In this document: positions 23,970-36,991 of the stretch, one piece after another
Layout: the number at the start of each line of letters is the position of its first letter
How positions within the stretch are numbered: position 1 is the first letter of the stretch
Assembly (NCBI GenBank): GCA_965112735.1
Contig: OZ218964.1
Span: 1,612,001 to 1,676,000, forward strand
Length of the DNA stretch: 64,000 bases
Origin: Phaeosaccion multiseriatum
Taxonomy: Eukaryota; Protista; Ochrophyta, other classes
Reading direction: 5' to 3'
Notes under the pieces: model-generated
Database searches by the model: none
What the model saw: only the letters and a program-made list of their open reading frames with translations
What the model was told of the DNA's origin: nothing
Made by a program: the position numbers and the translations under genes

Positions 23970-25850
23970 CTATTTGTCTTTCCCCCTCCCGCTTCCTGCC
24001 ACATCCCCCCTCCCTCTTTTTCCCCTCTTGGTACTGCTACCGGTGCTACTACTACTCTTTTGCAGCTTCTTGGTGGGCTTCTTCTTCCTTTTGCTCCGCA
24101 CCTTCCTCGCTGTCGTCCCCTCCTCCTCTTCGACCACTTTCTGCACCTTTTTTGTCGCCGCTGCCGCGGCAGGCTGCTGTGACGCCTCCACCTCCACCCC
24201 AGCGCGCTCCAATTGTCTCAAGAAAGCAGAGCCGTCAAACACCATCTCCAAGTCTTCCATCTTTCCGTCCGTCGCGCTGAAGGACGTCCGCAGCATGCCC
24301 CCGTTCGCCAACTCCGTGGACAGCCCCAGAGCACGCGCATTGGTGGTTGTCATGACAAACGAGCACATCAGTCCATTCTCCCCACAAAAGACGTAATCGT
24401 TAGCACCGATTGCGTACTCCATTTCCACACTTGGCTCCCCTTCTTCACCCCAACCCCCACTCTCATCTTCCTCCTCCTTGCCGACTTCTCCCCTCTTGGG
24501 CTTCCTCTCCTTCTTCGACTTTGCTGCGTCCTGCTGCGCACCCGCCTCACTCTCATCCTTGGACTCGGCCCCTTCTGGCTGCTGCTGCTGCTCTTGCTCT
24601 TGCTCCTCCTTCTCCTCCTTCTCCTCCTCCTCCTCCTCGTCATCCTCCTCCTCTTCCTCCTCCTCCTCCTCCTCCTCCTCCTTCTGTCCCCCATACGCCT
24701 CTTCTGCGGCTCTTCTTCGTTTCGCCTCCCGGCCCGCCCTTGCAATGGCCTGACGCAGCCCGGTGAGAGACTCCACATCTTGCAGCATACCCGGAGCACC
24801 AAGCTCTTCTCTCTTGTTGTCGGTCACCCCCGAAGGGTCGAAAGACCGGTACGGGGTAGTGGGTAGAGTCAATCGAAAGTCATCAGCCAACACCTGTTCC
24901 CACACATGGTGGTCCGCCTCCCCTCTTGCCCGATGCCGCAGCACCACCAGCAACCTCTCCTTACACAGCTCTTGCTGAGTCTTCACCCGCGCCTTCTCGT
25001 CCTCAATGCCCTGGTTGATCTTGGCCTGAGAGGTAGGGGGGGGCAGGGGCAGCGTGTCAAAGCACAATACTCGGCCTGTGGGATGGGATAACGTGTACAT
25101 TCTAACAGCGAACCACCGCACAACGCACAGAGCAAGGTAGATACAGAAATAGGAGTGGAAAACTATACATCAACAAATAAAAAAATAAAAAAACAGACAC
25201 GAGAGAAAGGCAGGCACGCACTCACGCACACATGCACACACACACCCACTCACCTCCTTCTGGGAGAGCGCATGGACCTGCGCCATGAGCTGCTCCACAT
25301 GCTGCTTCTTCCTCGCCCGAGTGTTGCGGGCGTGGATTCGGTTGCGGTCCCTCTCATGCTGCTGCCTCTCCTCCTCCGTCATGCTCGCCTTTAATCGCTC
25401 CTCCTCCTCAGCAGCAGCAGCGGCAGCGGCAGCAGCAGCAGAGTCGCCCTGGTGTAAGTCTCTCCAGCCGCTTAGAACCCCCCCCTTCGAGGCTCCCTTG
25501 AGCCCGCCTGCTACTGCTGCTCCGGCTGCTGACGATGACGAGTCGTCGGAGGCTGCGGTAGAGAACTCTCGATCTGTTCTGCCCGACCCCCCTTCCCCTC
25601 CTGCTACTGCTACTGCTGAGGCTGCGGATTGCTCTGATGCCGCTACAACCGCCGCTGCAGCCTTCGCTGCTGCTGCGGCTGTCGCTTCTGCGTCTGCTGT
25701 TCCCGCCTCTTGAGGGGTTAGGTCAGCGGAAGGAGCGACGGAGAGAGAAGGCGCGAGGGAGGGGAAGTCTTCTCCACTGGTGGAGCCAGGAAGCTTTCGT
25801 TTCTGCCCGTGCGACTGCTGCTGTAGCGGTGACTGCAGTTGCTGCTCCTC

Positions 25851-25889
<39 letters not shown>

Positions 25890-26115
25890 TTGCTGTTGTG
25901 GCTGTTGTGGAGGTGGTTGTGGTTGTGGTTGTTGTTCTTGCTGTTGTTGTTGAGGTGGTTGTTGTGGTTGTTGCTGCTGCTGTTGTTGGTGTTGTAGTTG
26001 TTGTTGTTGTTGCTGTTGTAGTAGTTGGTGCTGTTGTTGTTGTGGTTGTTGTGGTTTTTGGTGCTGTTGTTGTTGTTGTTGCTGTTGCTGTTGCTGTTGT
26101 TGTTGGTGCTGCTGC

Positions 26116-26188
<73 letters not shown>

Positions 26189-26790
26189 GCTGTTGTTGTA
26201 GCTGCTGCTGTAGCTGCTGCTGTTGGTTCCCCACTGCTGCCATCGTGGGCGCCAATCCGAACGGAGCTATTGGCGTCCCGCTTCCCAACGCAGGCACAGC
26301 CCCGACCGCGCCACCCAGGGCCTGCATTTGCTGCTGCTGCTGGTGTAGCTGCTGCTGTTGTTGCTGCTGCTGGAAGAGCTGCTGCTGCTGCTGCTGGAAG
26401 AGCTGCTGCTGTTGCTGTTGAAGAGCGGCCCCCCCTCCCCCCGCCGCCCCTCCTCCCAGCATCCCACTCGCACCTAGCGCTGCCAGGCGTTGCTGCAACT
26501 GCCTCTGCTGCAGGAGCTGGCGCTGCTGCAAGAGGTGCTGCTGTTGCAGCTGCTGGAACTCCAGCTGTTGCAGCCCTTTGGGATTAGTAAGTCTGTGCTG
26601 CTGTCCCTGCTGCTGCAAAAGCGGATTGCCAAGCATACCAAGGCCCCCTCCCATCCCCACCAGACCCATCCCACCGCCAAGCCCGGCATAGTTCATCATA
26701 GCCGGGTTAGGAAGCGTATAGCCCGACGAGGCCGCGAGCGCGAGCTGCTGCTGCTGTCGCTGCCATTGCGCGATCTGTTGCTGCTGCTGC

Positions 26791-26848
<58 letters not shown>

Positions 26849-26862
26849 GCTGTTGTTGTTGC

Positions 26863-26899
<37 letters not shown>

Positions 26900-27029
26900 G
26901 CTGCTGCTGCTGCTGCTGTTGCGGCATCCTAAGGGACCCAGTCGGTCCGCCCACCCCCCCCTCTTGACTCCCTGCCTCGCCGCTTTGCTCTTCCCCGGCA
27001 CCGAAATTTGTGGGCAAAAAGTCCATCAT
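23970..27029 (-). CDS. PolyQ-rich bZIP transcription factor with additional C-terminal domain; exons 27029-25254, 25025-23970
   Basis: Basic region ERDRNRIHARNTRARKKQHVEQL plus zipper; N-terminal polyQ tracts; C-terminal WEQVLADDFRLTLPTTPYRSF. Confidence 0.8.
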
Positions 27030-27465
27030 CGACTTTAGTGTGTTGTTTTCGCTCCCCTCCCCCAGCTGCTGCTCTTTTTCATGCTGATGGAGGTCTGCTT
27101 TGCGCAGTTGATTAATTAAAAACGCCGCTCTCTCTGGGTCCCCGCAAGGGGGGGGGAGGGGGGGGGCAACTGCGGGATAGATAAGAAAGGGGAAGCAGCC
27201 TTCGCGAATTTGAAGTTTCAGTTAAGAGAATACAAATCGCTTTACTTTTCACAAAGCCAAAACGAGCAGACACTCACCAGCGCAGCACACACTCAACATA
27301 ACGGTGAGCTGCTGGTGAGTGGACGGGACGGTATGATGGTATGCATCCTCCTCCCTTTCTAGTGATCTGTAGACTTCAGATCAGCAGTGTCGATTGCGCT
27401 AGGTGGCCACGGTGAACTCCTTCCCCCCGTTTCCCCTCGCGACCCCCCCCAACGCTCTAGCCTAC

Positions 27466-28125
27466 ATGGAGAGAGACGATGATGACGAGCAGGATAGCTC
27501 TGAGAATGAGGATGGAGACGGAGACGAAGATTACTGCTTTGAGGATGACAGAGATGATGATGAGATAGATATGAGAGCTCACAACGCCGCGCCCAAGCGA
27601 CCGCCCCCCGCAAAAAGGAGGAACAGGGGCTATCCCGAGACGGAGGACAAGCTACACGGGAGCAAGAAACGTCGCGTTGGGTCTGCAGCGAGCCTGGCAG
27701 TGGAGGCCAACCACGCGGCGTCGGACGTGAAAAAGGAGGACCGAGAGATTTCACACACCAAAGGGCTTCCTCCTCAGATTCCGGACTGCAACAAGTCAGA
27801 GCTTGTATTGGTCAAGGGTTTGCTGGGAGGTGTGATGATGAAGGCCTTGGATGCGCTGAGTTCTCCGCGCGATTGCGCTTCTACGGCCCCTTCTTCGTTC
27901 GCAGGACGAACCAAGGCAGCATGTTGCTCCTCGTTGATTGGACCAACCGAGACAAAGCCCGATGCTTGCCCTGATGCCGCTGGGGAAGGAGAGGATTCGG
28001 GGAAAAGAAAGGAACCACCATCATCATCAGCGGCCGCGTCGTACCGTGACGCGATCGCCAAATGCTTGCTCAGCGGCGCAGACCCGCTGCTGAAGGACTA
28101 TGTTAGAATAGGAAAACGAAAATAA
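27466..28125 (+). CDS. Hypothetical single-exon protein, acidic N-terminus and NLS-like motifs
   Basis: Open frame from ATG 27466 (MERDDDDEQD..) with PKRPPPAKRR and KKRR. No recognisable domain. Confidence 0.45.
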   Translation: MERDDDDEQDSSENEDGDGDEDYCFEDDRDDDEIDMRAHNAAPKRPPPAKRRNRGYPETEDKLHGSKKRRVGSAASLAVEANHAASDVKKEDREISHTKGLPPQIPDCNKSELVLVKGLLGGVMMKALDALSSPRDCASTAPSSFAGRTKAACCSSLIGPTETKPDACPDAAGEGEDSGKRKEPPSSSAAASYRDAIAKCLLSGADPLLKDYVRIGKRK

Positions 28126-28427
28126 TCCAAAACTGCGTCTCTATTGCAACCATGCCATCGAAGCTCTGCTGAAGAAGGAAGCAACGTATCTCTTCTTCTT
28201 TCGCACGAAGGTGTCGATGAATGCTCCTTCAACATCTTTGGCTTGGAATGGGTGCCAAAGGCATTGACATCGTAGCTGCGCCGCGCACTCTCCCGCGGTG
28301 CCTCCCTGCTTTCACCCTTCCCTTCCCATGAAACACACAGTACCCTGGTCATAGTAGCATGTATTCTCCGTACTTGCCACCGCCTACATGTATGTATACA
28401 CGATGCCACACGCCTCTAAACAGTAGC

Positions 28428-30430
28428 TCAAGCACATGTCTCCTCATCGTCACCTCCGATCTCTTCCGCCTCTCCGGCCTCTCCAGCCTCCTCGTTCTCC
28501 CCTGTGGGCTGCCCTCCGGCGCCATCAGAGTCACCCATCATCTCAATCACCCCCCCCTCAGCCTCTTTGGTGGCATGCGCAGCGTCTGCTTCTTCGTCCG
28601 CATCACCCTGCTCCGCTTCTTTCTCCGCCTTCTCCTCTGCCTCCTCTCCATCTCCCTCTCCCTCCTCCCCCTCCTCCTCCTCCTCCTCCTCGTCCTCCTC
28701 GTCCTCCTCCTCCTCCTCCTCCTCCTCCTCCTCCTCCTCCTCTTTCTCCTCCTCCCCCTCCTCCTTCCTCTCCTCCTCCTCCTCCTCCCCACCCTCTTCA
28801 CCTCCATCTCTCTCCTGTTCTCCACCGTCTCGCATCTTTTTCCCTGTGCCTGTCTCCTCGGCAGCCTCTTCCCTAGGCCGTTTTAGCGCACCCCCCTCCT
28901 CCCTTTCCTCCACCTCCTCCTCCCTTTCCTCCTCCTTCTCCTCCTCCTCCCCCTCCTCCTCCCCCTCCTCCTTTCTCAGCGATTCGTCTATCTCCAGCCC
29001 AGGACTAGGAGCACTTGTTGGTGCTTCTGCTGCTGTCGCGTGTCCCTGGAGATCCATAGGATGAACTACGAGAGAATCTGCCTCACCATCCTCATCCTCC
29101 TGCTCTCCTCTTCTCTCCTTTTTCTCCTCCCTCTCTGCTTCCACAACTCCCTCATCCTGCTCCGCCGCTGGCTGCTCTTCCTCGGCCTCCTCTTCCTCTC
29201 TGTCCCCTGTGGGCTGCTCTCCGACGCCTTCAGAGTCACCCATCATCTCCATCACATCGTCAGCCTCTTTGGGGGCATCCACCACGACTGCGTCTTCGTC
29301 TGCACCTCTCTCCTCCTCTTTTGACTCCCCCTGCTGGCCGCTGTTGTCCCTTCCCTCCACCTCTCCGCTCGCATCTTCATCACCTCCCTCGACACCTTCC
29401 GGGACTCCTTCCAGCCGGTGCCTCTGTTCATCATTGGCTCCATCCTCTTCATTCATATCCAGCCCATCCTCGCCAGGCTCAGCTTGTGTGCAAGCCATAG
29501 CATCATCATCATCATCATCGCCGCTCGCCATTTCCTCTTCCTCCTCTTCTTCTTGTGGCCGTTCACTCATTGACTCCTGAACCTCCTTCAGCCCATCTTC
29601 TCGCTCCACCTTCATAGAACTCCGTTGGGAGTCAAACAGGCTTCTCGCTTCGTCACCCCCCCCCCCCCCCCCCTCCGCCCCCTCCTCCGAGCGAAAACCC
29701 CCCTACTTCCATCGCCTCAAACCCAAGCACGCTCTGGCTACTGTTGAGAGTCTCTGATGGCATAGCCCACCGGCCGGTAGGGGGCGCTGTCTGGGCCTTC
29801 ACCTTGTTAATCTCACTCGTGAAGATCTGCAGTGCGTGCAGAGGGGGGAGACGGGGTGGAGCATGGGGCGGGGAGAGTGAGTGAGGCACCGCAAAACTTA
29901 ACTCCAAAGCTGATGGACATTCACTGCCATGCAACGAATCATTCTCTCAATATCCACCTTCTCCCCCCCCCTCCCTCCCCTTCCTTTCACGTACCTCAGA
30001 TAGTGCGTTGACAGCGGCATCGGCACTCTGCAGTCGCATGTTCACCAAGGTCGCTCTCTCGTTGATGCCCGACGCAATGGCCTCCACTCGCTCCCTCTTC
30101 CTAACCTCCTCGTCCCGCTGCCCCTCCATTTCTCGGAGCCGGGCCTTGATGTCCAGAGCCTCCTTCTCAAGCGTATTGACGGACTTGCTGGCATTCGCCT
30201 TGTGGTCCTCCCACTGCTTGGCCTCCTCACGCAGGCTCGCTTCTCTGTGCTGCACCTTCTCGAGGGCTTGCATCGTCTCACTGGCCCGCTCTTCGATTGC
30301 GCGAATGTCCTCCACCAGACCAGCATTCTGCTCTGCTGCTCCCTGCGCAGCGGCCTCGAGCCTGGAAATCTCATTCTTCCGCTGGGCCAACTCTGCGCAA
30401 AGTGTTGGCGTTACATGAAGATTGGGGGAG

Positions 30431-30483
<53 letters not shown>

Positions 30484-31653
30484 GAGGGGGGGGGGGCGGT
30501 GGAGGAAAGCAATACAGCTGTAAAAAAAGGGCTCTAGTAGGACAGCACAGGTCACACCTTCATGGCCAGGCCTTGGACGGTTGCAATGGGCTACAGAGCC
30601 AGGCATTAGAGAGATTGCAAGACGTTAGAGCCAACGCATTGGAAAGGCCGCAATTGGTTCTGCAAGTGCCCTGCTTCGTCGCCAGTCGCCACACCTCCAA
30701 TCCCCTCCTTCCTCCTCCTCCTTCTCCTCCTCCTCCTCCTCCTCCTCCTCCTCCTCCTCCTCCTCCTCCTCGTCCTCCTCCTCCTCCTCCTCCTCCTCCT
30801 CCTCCTCCTCGTCCTCCTCTCCTCCCTACACACAATCCATTGGATCAATCCATCGTACCTATGTCCAAGTCCTCCTTGGCTCTCTGCAATTCTTCGAGGG
30901 CCTCCAAGTCCTGCAAAGCGTCATTCAAAGACTTGTCCTTGGCCTCGAGCGTGCCACGCAGCTCTGCCTCGCTTCTCACCAACCCCGTCGCCTTCTCCTC
31001 CGCCACACGACGTTTGCTCCTCTCTGTGTCCTCCAAGTTTCTGGCCTCTTGCAGTTGGGATGTGAGACTGGCCACAACCTCTTGCTCACGTCGCAGAGTG
31101 GAGACGTTGGTTGCCAGCTCCATGTTGATAGCCACTTGCCTGGCCATAGCATCCGCCAGCTTTTGCTCCAGCCGTAGCTTGTCCTCGCGAAGCCCCTGTT
31201 TTTGAGAGAAGGGTGGTTTCAGTTGTTCAGATACATCGTGTACGACTGAACTGGTGAGAGAAATCGCTTCAGCACGACAGCGGAGGATATGCACCGAGTA
31301 CCAATATACCTCTCAAGCCCTGACAAGCCACACTACGGGGTGTCTCCCTCCCACTCGCCTTTCATCTGCATAAGAACCGAAGAAAGAGCAAAGGATGGAC
31401 GCCTTCCCACCCGCTGCCCACTAGGAACCAACTAACTGACCTCGCAATTGCTCTGCATCTCGGCAACGGAAGCCTTCAGTGCCTTGGCCTCCTCCCCAGC
31501 TCGATCCGCCGCCCCGAGAGCCTTCTTGCGGGACTCCAGCTCCTGAGAGTATTGCATGCAAATGATGTGTAAGTAGTAGTAGCGGTAGTAGTAGTAGTAG
31601 TAGTAGTAGGAGTGTAGGAGTGGTAATAGAAGGAGGAGGAGGAGGAGGAGGAG

Positions 31654-31710
<57 letters not shown>

Positions 31711-31854
31711 CAGAAGTAGCAGTAGTGTAGGAGTGGTAGTGGTAGTAGAAGTAGTAGTAGTAGTGGTAGCGGTAGTAGTAGTGGTAGTAGTAGTGGCGGT
31801 AGTAGCAGTAGTAGTAGCGGTGATGGTAGTAGTAGTAGTAGTAGTAGTAGTAGC

Positions 31855-31935
<81 letters not shown>

Positions 31936-34020
31936 GGTGGTAGTAGTAGTGGAAGATGAAGACGAAGGAGAGAGAGAAAGAGGGAGGAGAAAGAAAGACC
32001 GATTTCGTTCCGCGAGAGGTACAGACGGACGTGGTTCTATGGGCGCTCATCTCACCTCTTCCAGCTCCACATTCTTCGTCTTCAGCTCCGTGACGATGGC
32101 TCCCCAATCGCTCTCCTGTTTGCTCTGCGCTTCCTTCGCCTCCTTCTCGAGTCGTGCGATTTTGTCCTTGAGGGCACGATTCTCGCCCGCCAGATGTCCT
32201 TCCTGTGTGTACAGTGGACGGCAGAGGTGTAGGGAGGGACGGGAAGTGTGCACGAGAAGGCGGGGGCCGTTTACGACGGACGCCTCACGTCTCTCACTCT
32301 CTCACTGTTGAGTCCACATATTCACACGCCTGTCTCCCTAAGGTCCACACACATGCCTCACTTCCGTCCTTCCATTTCATCCCCAAACCCCAAACCCCAA
32401 ACCAACCCGAACCCAAACAAACCTCTATGCGCCTTTCCCCCCTCCCCCCTCCCCTCTCCTCCCTCCAACAACTTCTAACCTTGGCAACTGCCTTTTCAAA
32501 CTTGAGCCGGAAGTCCTCGTTCCTTCGCTCCATCTGCGCAATCTGCTTGAGCGTCTGCTCCAACTCGAGCCTCTTGCCCCTGAGCGCCACGTTGGCCTGC
32601 GCCAAGTCTTCCTGCAGCTCCTTGACCAATGCGCCGCCCTCTTCCCTAGCGCCCCCTCCGCCGGCCGTGCCCTTGCGTGCACGCTTTTGCTCTTGTTGGC
32701 TACCACCACCACCACTTCGATTGCCAGCAGAAACCCCCTCTCCCCCCTCCTTCTCTTCCTCCCCGGCTGGTGTGGCTCCTCCGCGCCCTTCGGCCTTTCG
32801 TTTGAGTCGGGGAGACGAGGACCCGCCAAGTGATTCTCCCGATGCTTCCGTCTTCCCTGGCGCGGGAACAGCTGCTCGCCTCTCTTTCTTCGTCTTTCCT
32901 CCTCCTCCTTCTGCTGGTGCTCCTGCTGCTGTCGCCGCCTGGGCCTTACTCGGAGCACCAGGGACACCGCCTCCGGAGGAAGGTGCCCTGGGTGTAAGTG
33001 CCTTTCTCGCACTTGACGACCCTTCTGTGCCTTGTGAAGTTGAAGCCTCCTCCTCCTCCTCCTTGTCCTGTCCTGAGCTCTGTAAAGTCGCCTGCTGTCT
33101 CTCCCGAAGAGTATCACCTGACGCGATAGTACCAGTTGGCGATTGCTCGACTGCTGGAGCACCAGCAACGGCGGGGGCGTTGAGGAGAGCTTCTCCTCCA
33201 GAATCACAAGGGACGGCAGAGGAAGAGGGAGCAGCAATGGTGGCGCCCGGGCCCCGGGCCCCTTCCGAGTTTTCTTCATTGCCAGCGCCAGTGAGCGAGA
33301 GCGTGTAGGAGAGAGGATCTCCGATTGACTTGTTGAGGTCCAACTGCTCCCCCCGTCACCATGGCACACGGTACAGAGAGAAAAGGAGCGATGGATGCCG
33401 GAGATAAGAGAGAGACGGAAGAATACAAACGACTGGAATGATGGGAGGGGAAAGAGGAAGCCAGCAGGGTAAAAGCAGGACAAAAGCGAGGAACAAGAGA
33501 AGTACTCCCTAACCTTTGGCTTGAAAAGCGCCAGCTCTCCGCCGTGGAGCAAGAAGGCTGACTTGCCTTTGCCAACGTGCTTGCCGTCCACATAAGTACC
33601 ATTGCTGAGAGGGGAGGAGGAGGGGGGGCTAATCGATCAGGGATTGCACCCGCAAGGGAAGAGAGACCGGATCAAGTGAGTGGAGGGAATGAGGCCCGCC
33701 TCCCACCCGCTCCCAACCCCCTCCTCGAGCGTGTTAAGTTACCTGGACTTGTCTGTGACTTGCATTTTGAGCTCTCCTCCCTCCGTGCACAGATTGAGTA
33801 TGCAGTGGACGCCGCTGATGTACGGCAGGGCGATGGCACAGCTGCCTGCTTTGTGCTTGACAGCTCTGCCGATGTACACCGTCTTTCCCCTTAGCAAGAT
33901 GGTCTTTGGGATGGATGATGAATCTGCGCGCTGTTCCTTCTTGCCCGTGTAGGGAACAAGCACCAGCTTCCCCCACTCGACATCCGCAGCAGCTTCCTTC
34001 TGCTGCTGGGACGCGCTCAT
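28428..34020 (-). CDS. FHA-domain, long coiled-coil protein with acidic tail (apparent frameshift at the C18 run 29656-29673)
   Basis: WGKL..VYIGR..YISGVHC..VTDKS|SNGTYVDG are the FHA GR, SxxH and NGT motifs. Several downstream exons are heptad-rich. Confidence 0.75.
31573..31950. repeat. Degenerate (TAG/CTA)n microsatellite filling an intron of the FHA gene
   Basis: Long agt/tag trinucleotide tract. The poly-Y/V/T ORFs here are artefacts. Confidence 0.9.
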
Positions 34021-34504
34021 CCTTCAAGACCACCTCCTCCCTCAAGGCACGAGGAACTCACTGGAAGGCAAGGCGGAGGTGAAGCAGAATAAGAGGGGGT
34101 GCAAGGGTAGGGAGGAGAGAGCAAAGCGAGAGGCGAAAGAGGGGGGGTAAGAGGGAAGACCAAGAGTAGGAGGAGCTGTCGGAAGCAGGTTGTGGGGGGG
34201 GAAAGGGGGGAAACAGATTTGAATTTTATCCCCTCCGAGTGAGAATGTGAGGGGTGCGGCAAACGACAAAGCCGAATCGCAGTCCCAGATAGCATCAGTA
34301 GCACTAAGGATTCCTTCCATCTCGCAAGTACCTTCTCTGACAAGAAGGGGAAGCACAAAAGCGATTGACATCCCCCCCCTCCAAAAAGTAAAATCTACCA
34401 AATTGAAACTCAATTACTTTAGGAAGGCAGCGGAGGATGTTTAGATTGGAGGGAGAGAGGGAAAAAAAAAAAAAAAAAAAAACGGTGTTAAAACCGTTGA
34501 AAAA

Positions 34505-34577
34505 AGTTCGCGGAGAGAATCGAACTCCCGATTTCCTCCGTGTAAAGGAGACGGCTTAACCGCTGGCCTACGCAAAC
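34505..34577 (-). tRNA. tRNA-Val, anticodon TAC
   Basis: Minus strand GTTTGCG TA GGCC AGCGGTTA AGCC G TCTCC TTTACAC GGAGG AAATC GGGAG TTCGATT CTCTC CGCGAAC forms a full cloverleaf, followed by a T6 Pol III terminator. Confidence 0.93.
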
Positions 34578-35134
34578 GTATATTCCCTTTTATCCACTTT
34601 AGACATCATGTCAACTTACGCTAGGGTGGGCAAGTCTCGTTTTTTTCCCTCTCTTGCTGGCCAAGGAGGCTTATATGCCAAGGTGTTCATCGGAGCACGA
34701 GCACTGAGAACTGAAGCTGAAGGCCACCCTCTCTGCTCCCCCTCCTCGGCCAGGAGGGAGAGTAATCGGCCCCAGACACGCGGGTTTGGAAAATTGTCCA
34801 GCCTAGACGTAGGCGAGGGGGGGCAATTTCCCCCTGGGCTGGCTGGCTCGGAGCCTGCCCAACTGTCTCATGGAGTATTGAAGTCAAACGACGGTCCTAC
34901 AGATGCTTGTGTATGTACCTTCTTTGTCCCGTCACTCTTCTGCCTCTCCCTACCTCCCTCGCTTCGCGCCCTCCCTTCCTCCACCCTGCTGCCCACCACT
35001 TCTGCTCTGAGGCGGGCTACAGGCTGTCAACATACTGTAGCATGAGCTTTTCTATTCATGAATGATTAAAACGTTTCCCTGGAGGAAACTGCTGCTCAAG
35101 CATCCACTCTTACTCCGGCCGGCCGTCCATCCCG

Positions 35135-36605
35135 TCAAGAAGCAGCCCCCGCGGGCCCCTCGGAAGGGGCGGGGCCAGGGCCAGGGCCAGGGCCAGGGGG
35201 TGGCACAAATGGCGGCGGCACAGCACCACCCGCTGCTGGTGGACGGCCAAACTGCGGAGGAGGAGCACCACCACCACCACCAGCACCACCTGGCGCACCC
35301 ATCACGGCAGGGTTCGGGGGGGGCAGCCCGAACCCACCAGGGGGAGGAGCCTGCTGCTGCTGTTGCTGCAGAGGAGTGCCAGCGGGGGGTCCTCCCAGCC
35401 CTCCCACGCTGGGTGGGGGCCTTCCCAGACCAGCTGGAGGCCCACTCTGACCGCCCGGTGGTGGTGCCCCAGGTGGAGCTCCGAAGGCAGGAGGCTGCTG
35501 CTGTGGTGGCTGCTGTGGTGGCGGCTGCTGCTGCTGCTGGCCAAGTTGCGGGGGTGCTTGGGGAGGCGGCTGCATGCCCATGTTCCCCCACCCGCCCGCT
35601 CCTGGCGGCTGCTGGGGTGCCCCTCCTCCCCCACCCATTGGCGGCCCTCCCGGTGGCCCGAATCTGCCTTGGGCAAAGCTCCCCGCTCCTCCTCCTCCTC
35701 CTCCTCCTGGACCCATGGGCCCCCCCATTGGTGGGGGCCGTCCGAGCCCCATGCCCATAGGCGGACCCCTTGGCCCTCCCATGCCCATTGGTGGCCCCCC
35801 TGCAAAATAAGGGGCAAGGTGGAGTGGTGCGTGACCACGGGAAGGTGGGGACACAAGGATGGTGTCAAGGAGGAGAGGCATGCATATTCCTGTTTCTAAC
35901 TCTAGTACTATTATTCCTCGCGGTGACAAGCGAATGCAACAAAAAAGAGAGGGTGAAGAAATTCTGCGTCCGGAAAGGCTTCGAGAAGGGTTGGTTCCGA
36001 GCTCTCGGTCTTCTCCCCCAACAACCCCAGCAATCCCACGCACGCACCTGCTCCCATGTTGCCAAAGGTGTTGTTGGGCAGCACGCTCAATGAACCCGTC
36101 CCATGGGGCTTGGCGGGGGCACTGGGCCCACGGGGTCCCCCACCAGGCCCGCCGTTCGCAAGCTGCTGCGGCTGCTGGATCAGTTGCATTTGTGCCCGGA
36201 TGTGCGGATGCTTGACGAGTAGTTCTCGATAGTACTCCTTCACATTGTCCTTGTGCTTCCACCCCCGATTGTGCTGCTTACGCCCAGGGGCACTGTCATG
36301 CGTCAGGTAGGCTTGGCAAATGTCTGTTTGCGTTTCGAAAGGAACAGAGACACGCAGCAGAAGTGAGAGAGTGAGGCTCTGGCTTTGGGGGATTATACGG
36401 ATATCGGGCGATAAAGGCCTTGAGACTCAGCGCAGGAGGGATCCGCCGAGGGACGGCTCAAGCCGAACGAGAGCATGGACAGCTTATCATGACAGTAAGT
36501 GGTGGAAGTGCTGCCCCGGGCGCTACAGCGAGAGCAAGGTGGGGAAGAAGAAGGAGATTATTTCCTCCTCTGCAAACCGTGGTTCTTACCGCAAAAATAC
36601 CTCAT
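35135..36605 (-). CDS. SNRPC: U1 snRNP protein C; exons 36605-36590, 36323-36048, 35799-35135
   Basis: Spliced MRYFC|[32 protein letters not shown] (U1-type C2H2 zinc finger), then a Pro/Gly/Met-rich tail. Confidence 0.93.
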
Positions 36606-36923
36606 TATCAAATGGGCAGCGTCACGGCAGGTGCGGCCAAGTGACTGTCCAATCAGGGAGCTGCTGCTCCTCCTGCCTGCAGGGGACTGCTGGTTTGTCG
36701 GCTGTTTTTGGCTCCCACCGCCCTCTCGCGGAGGAGTGGGTATTTTGCTGATACCCAACATGGTCAAGCGCGCAGATGGCAGCCGAAAGGAGGGCGGCGC
36801 TTCTTAAGAGGATCTTAAGAGCGCTTCTCAAGAATAATAAGGCGCTTTGAGGAGACCGGAGGTCTCTCGGCGGCCAGCTATTTCGTCTGCAGTTCTACTT
36901 CTCTAGCTGAAGAGAGAGAGAGG

Positions 36924-36927
<4 letters not shown>

Positions 36928-36982
<55 letters not shown>
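36928..36982. repeat. (GA)n microsatellite immediately 5' of the ankyrin-kinase-PARP ATG
   Basis: Perfect GA tract ending ~10 bp before ATG 36992. Confidence 0.9.
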
Positions 36983-36985
<3 letters not shown>

Positions 36986-36991
36986 AACGTA

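Noticed and set aside
23970-27029. bZIP as an aureochrome
   Set aside because: No LOV motif downstream of the zipper.
31421-32311. Poly-Tyr/poly-Val/poly-Thr ORFs, and similar antisense poly-Leu/Ser/Pro ORFs across the window
   Set aside because: Stop-free translations of microsatellites or of the antisense strand of real exons.
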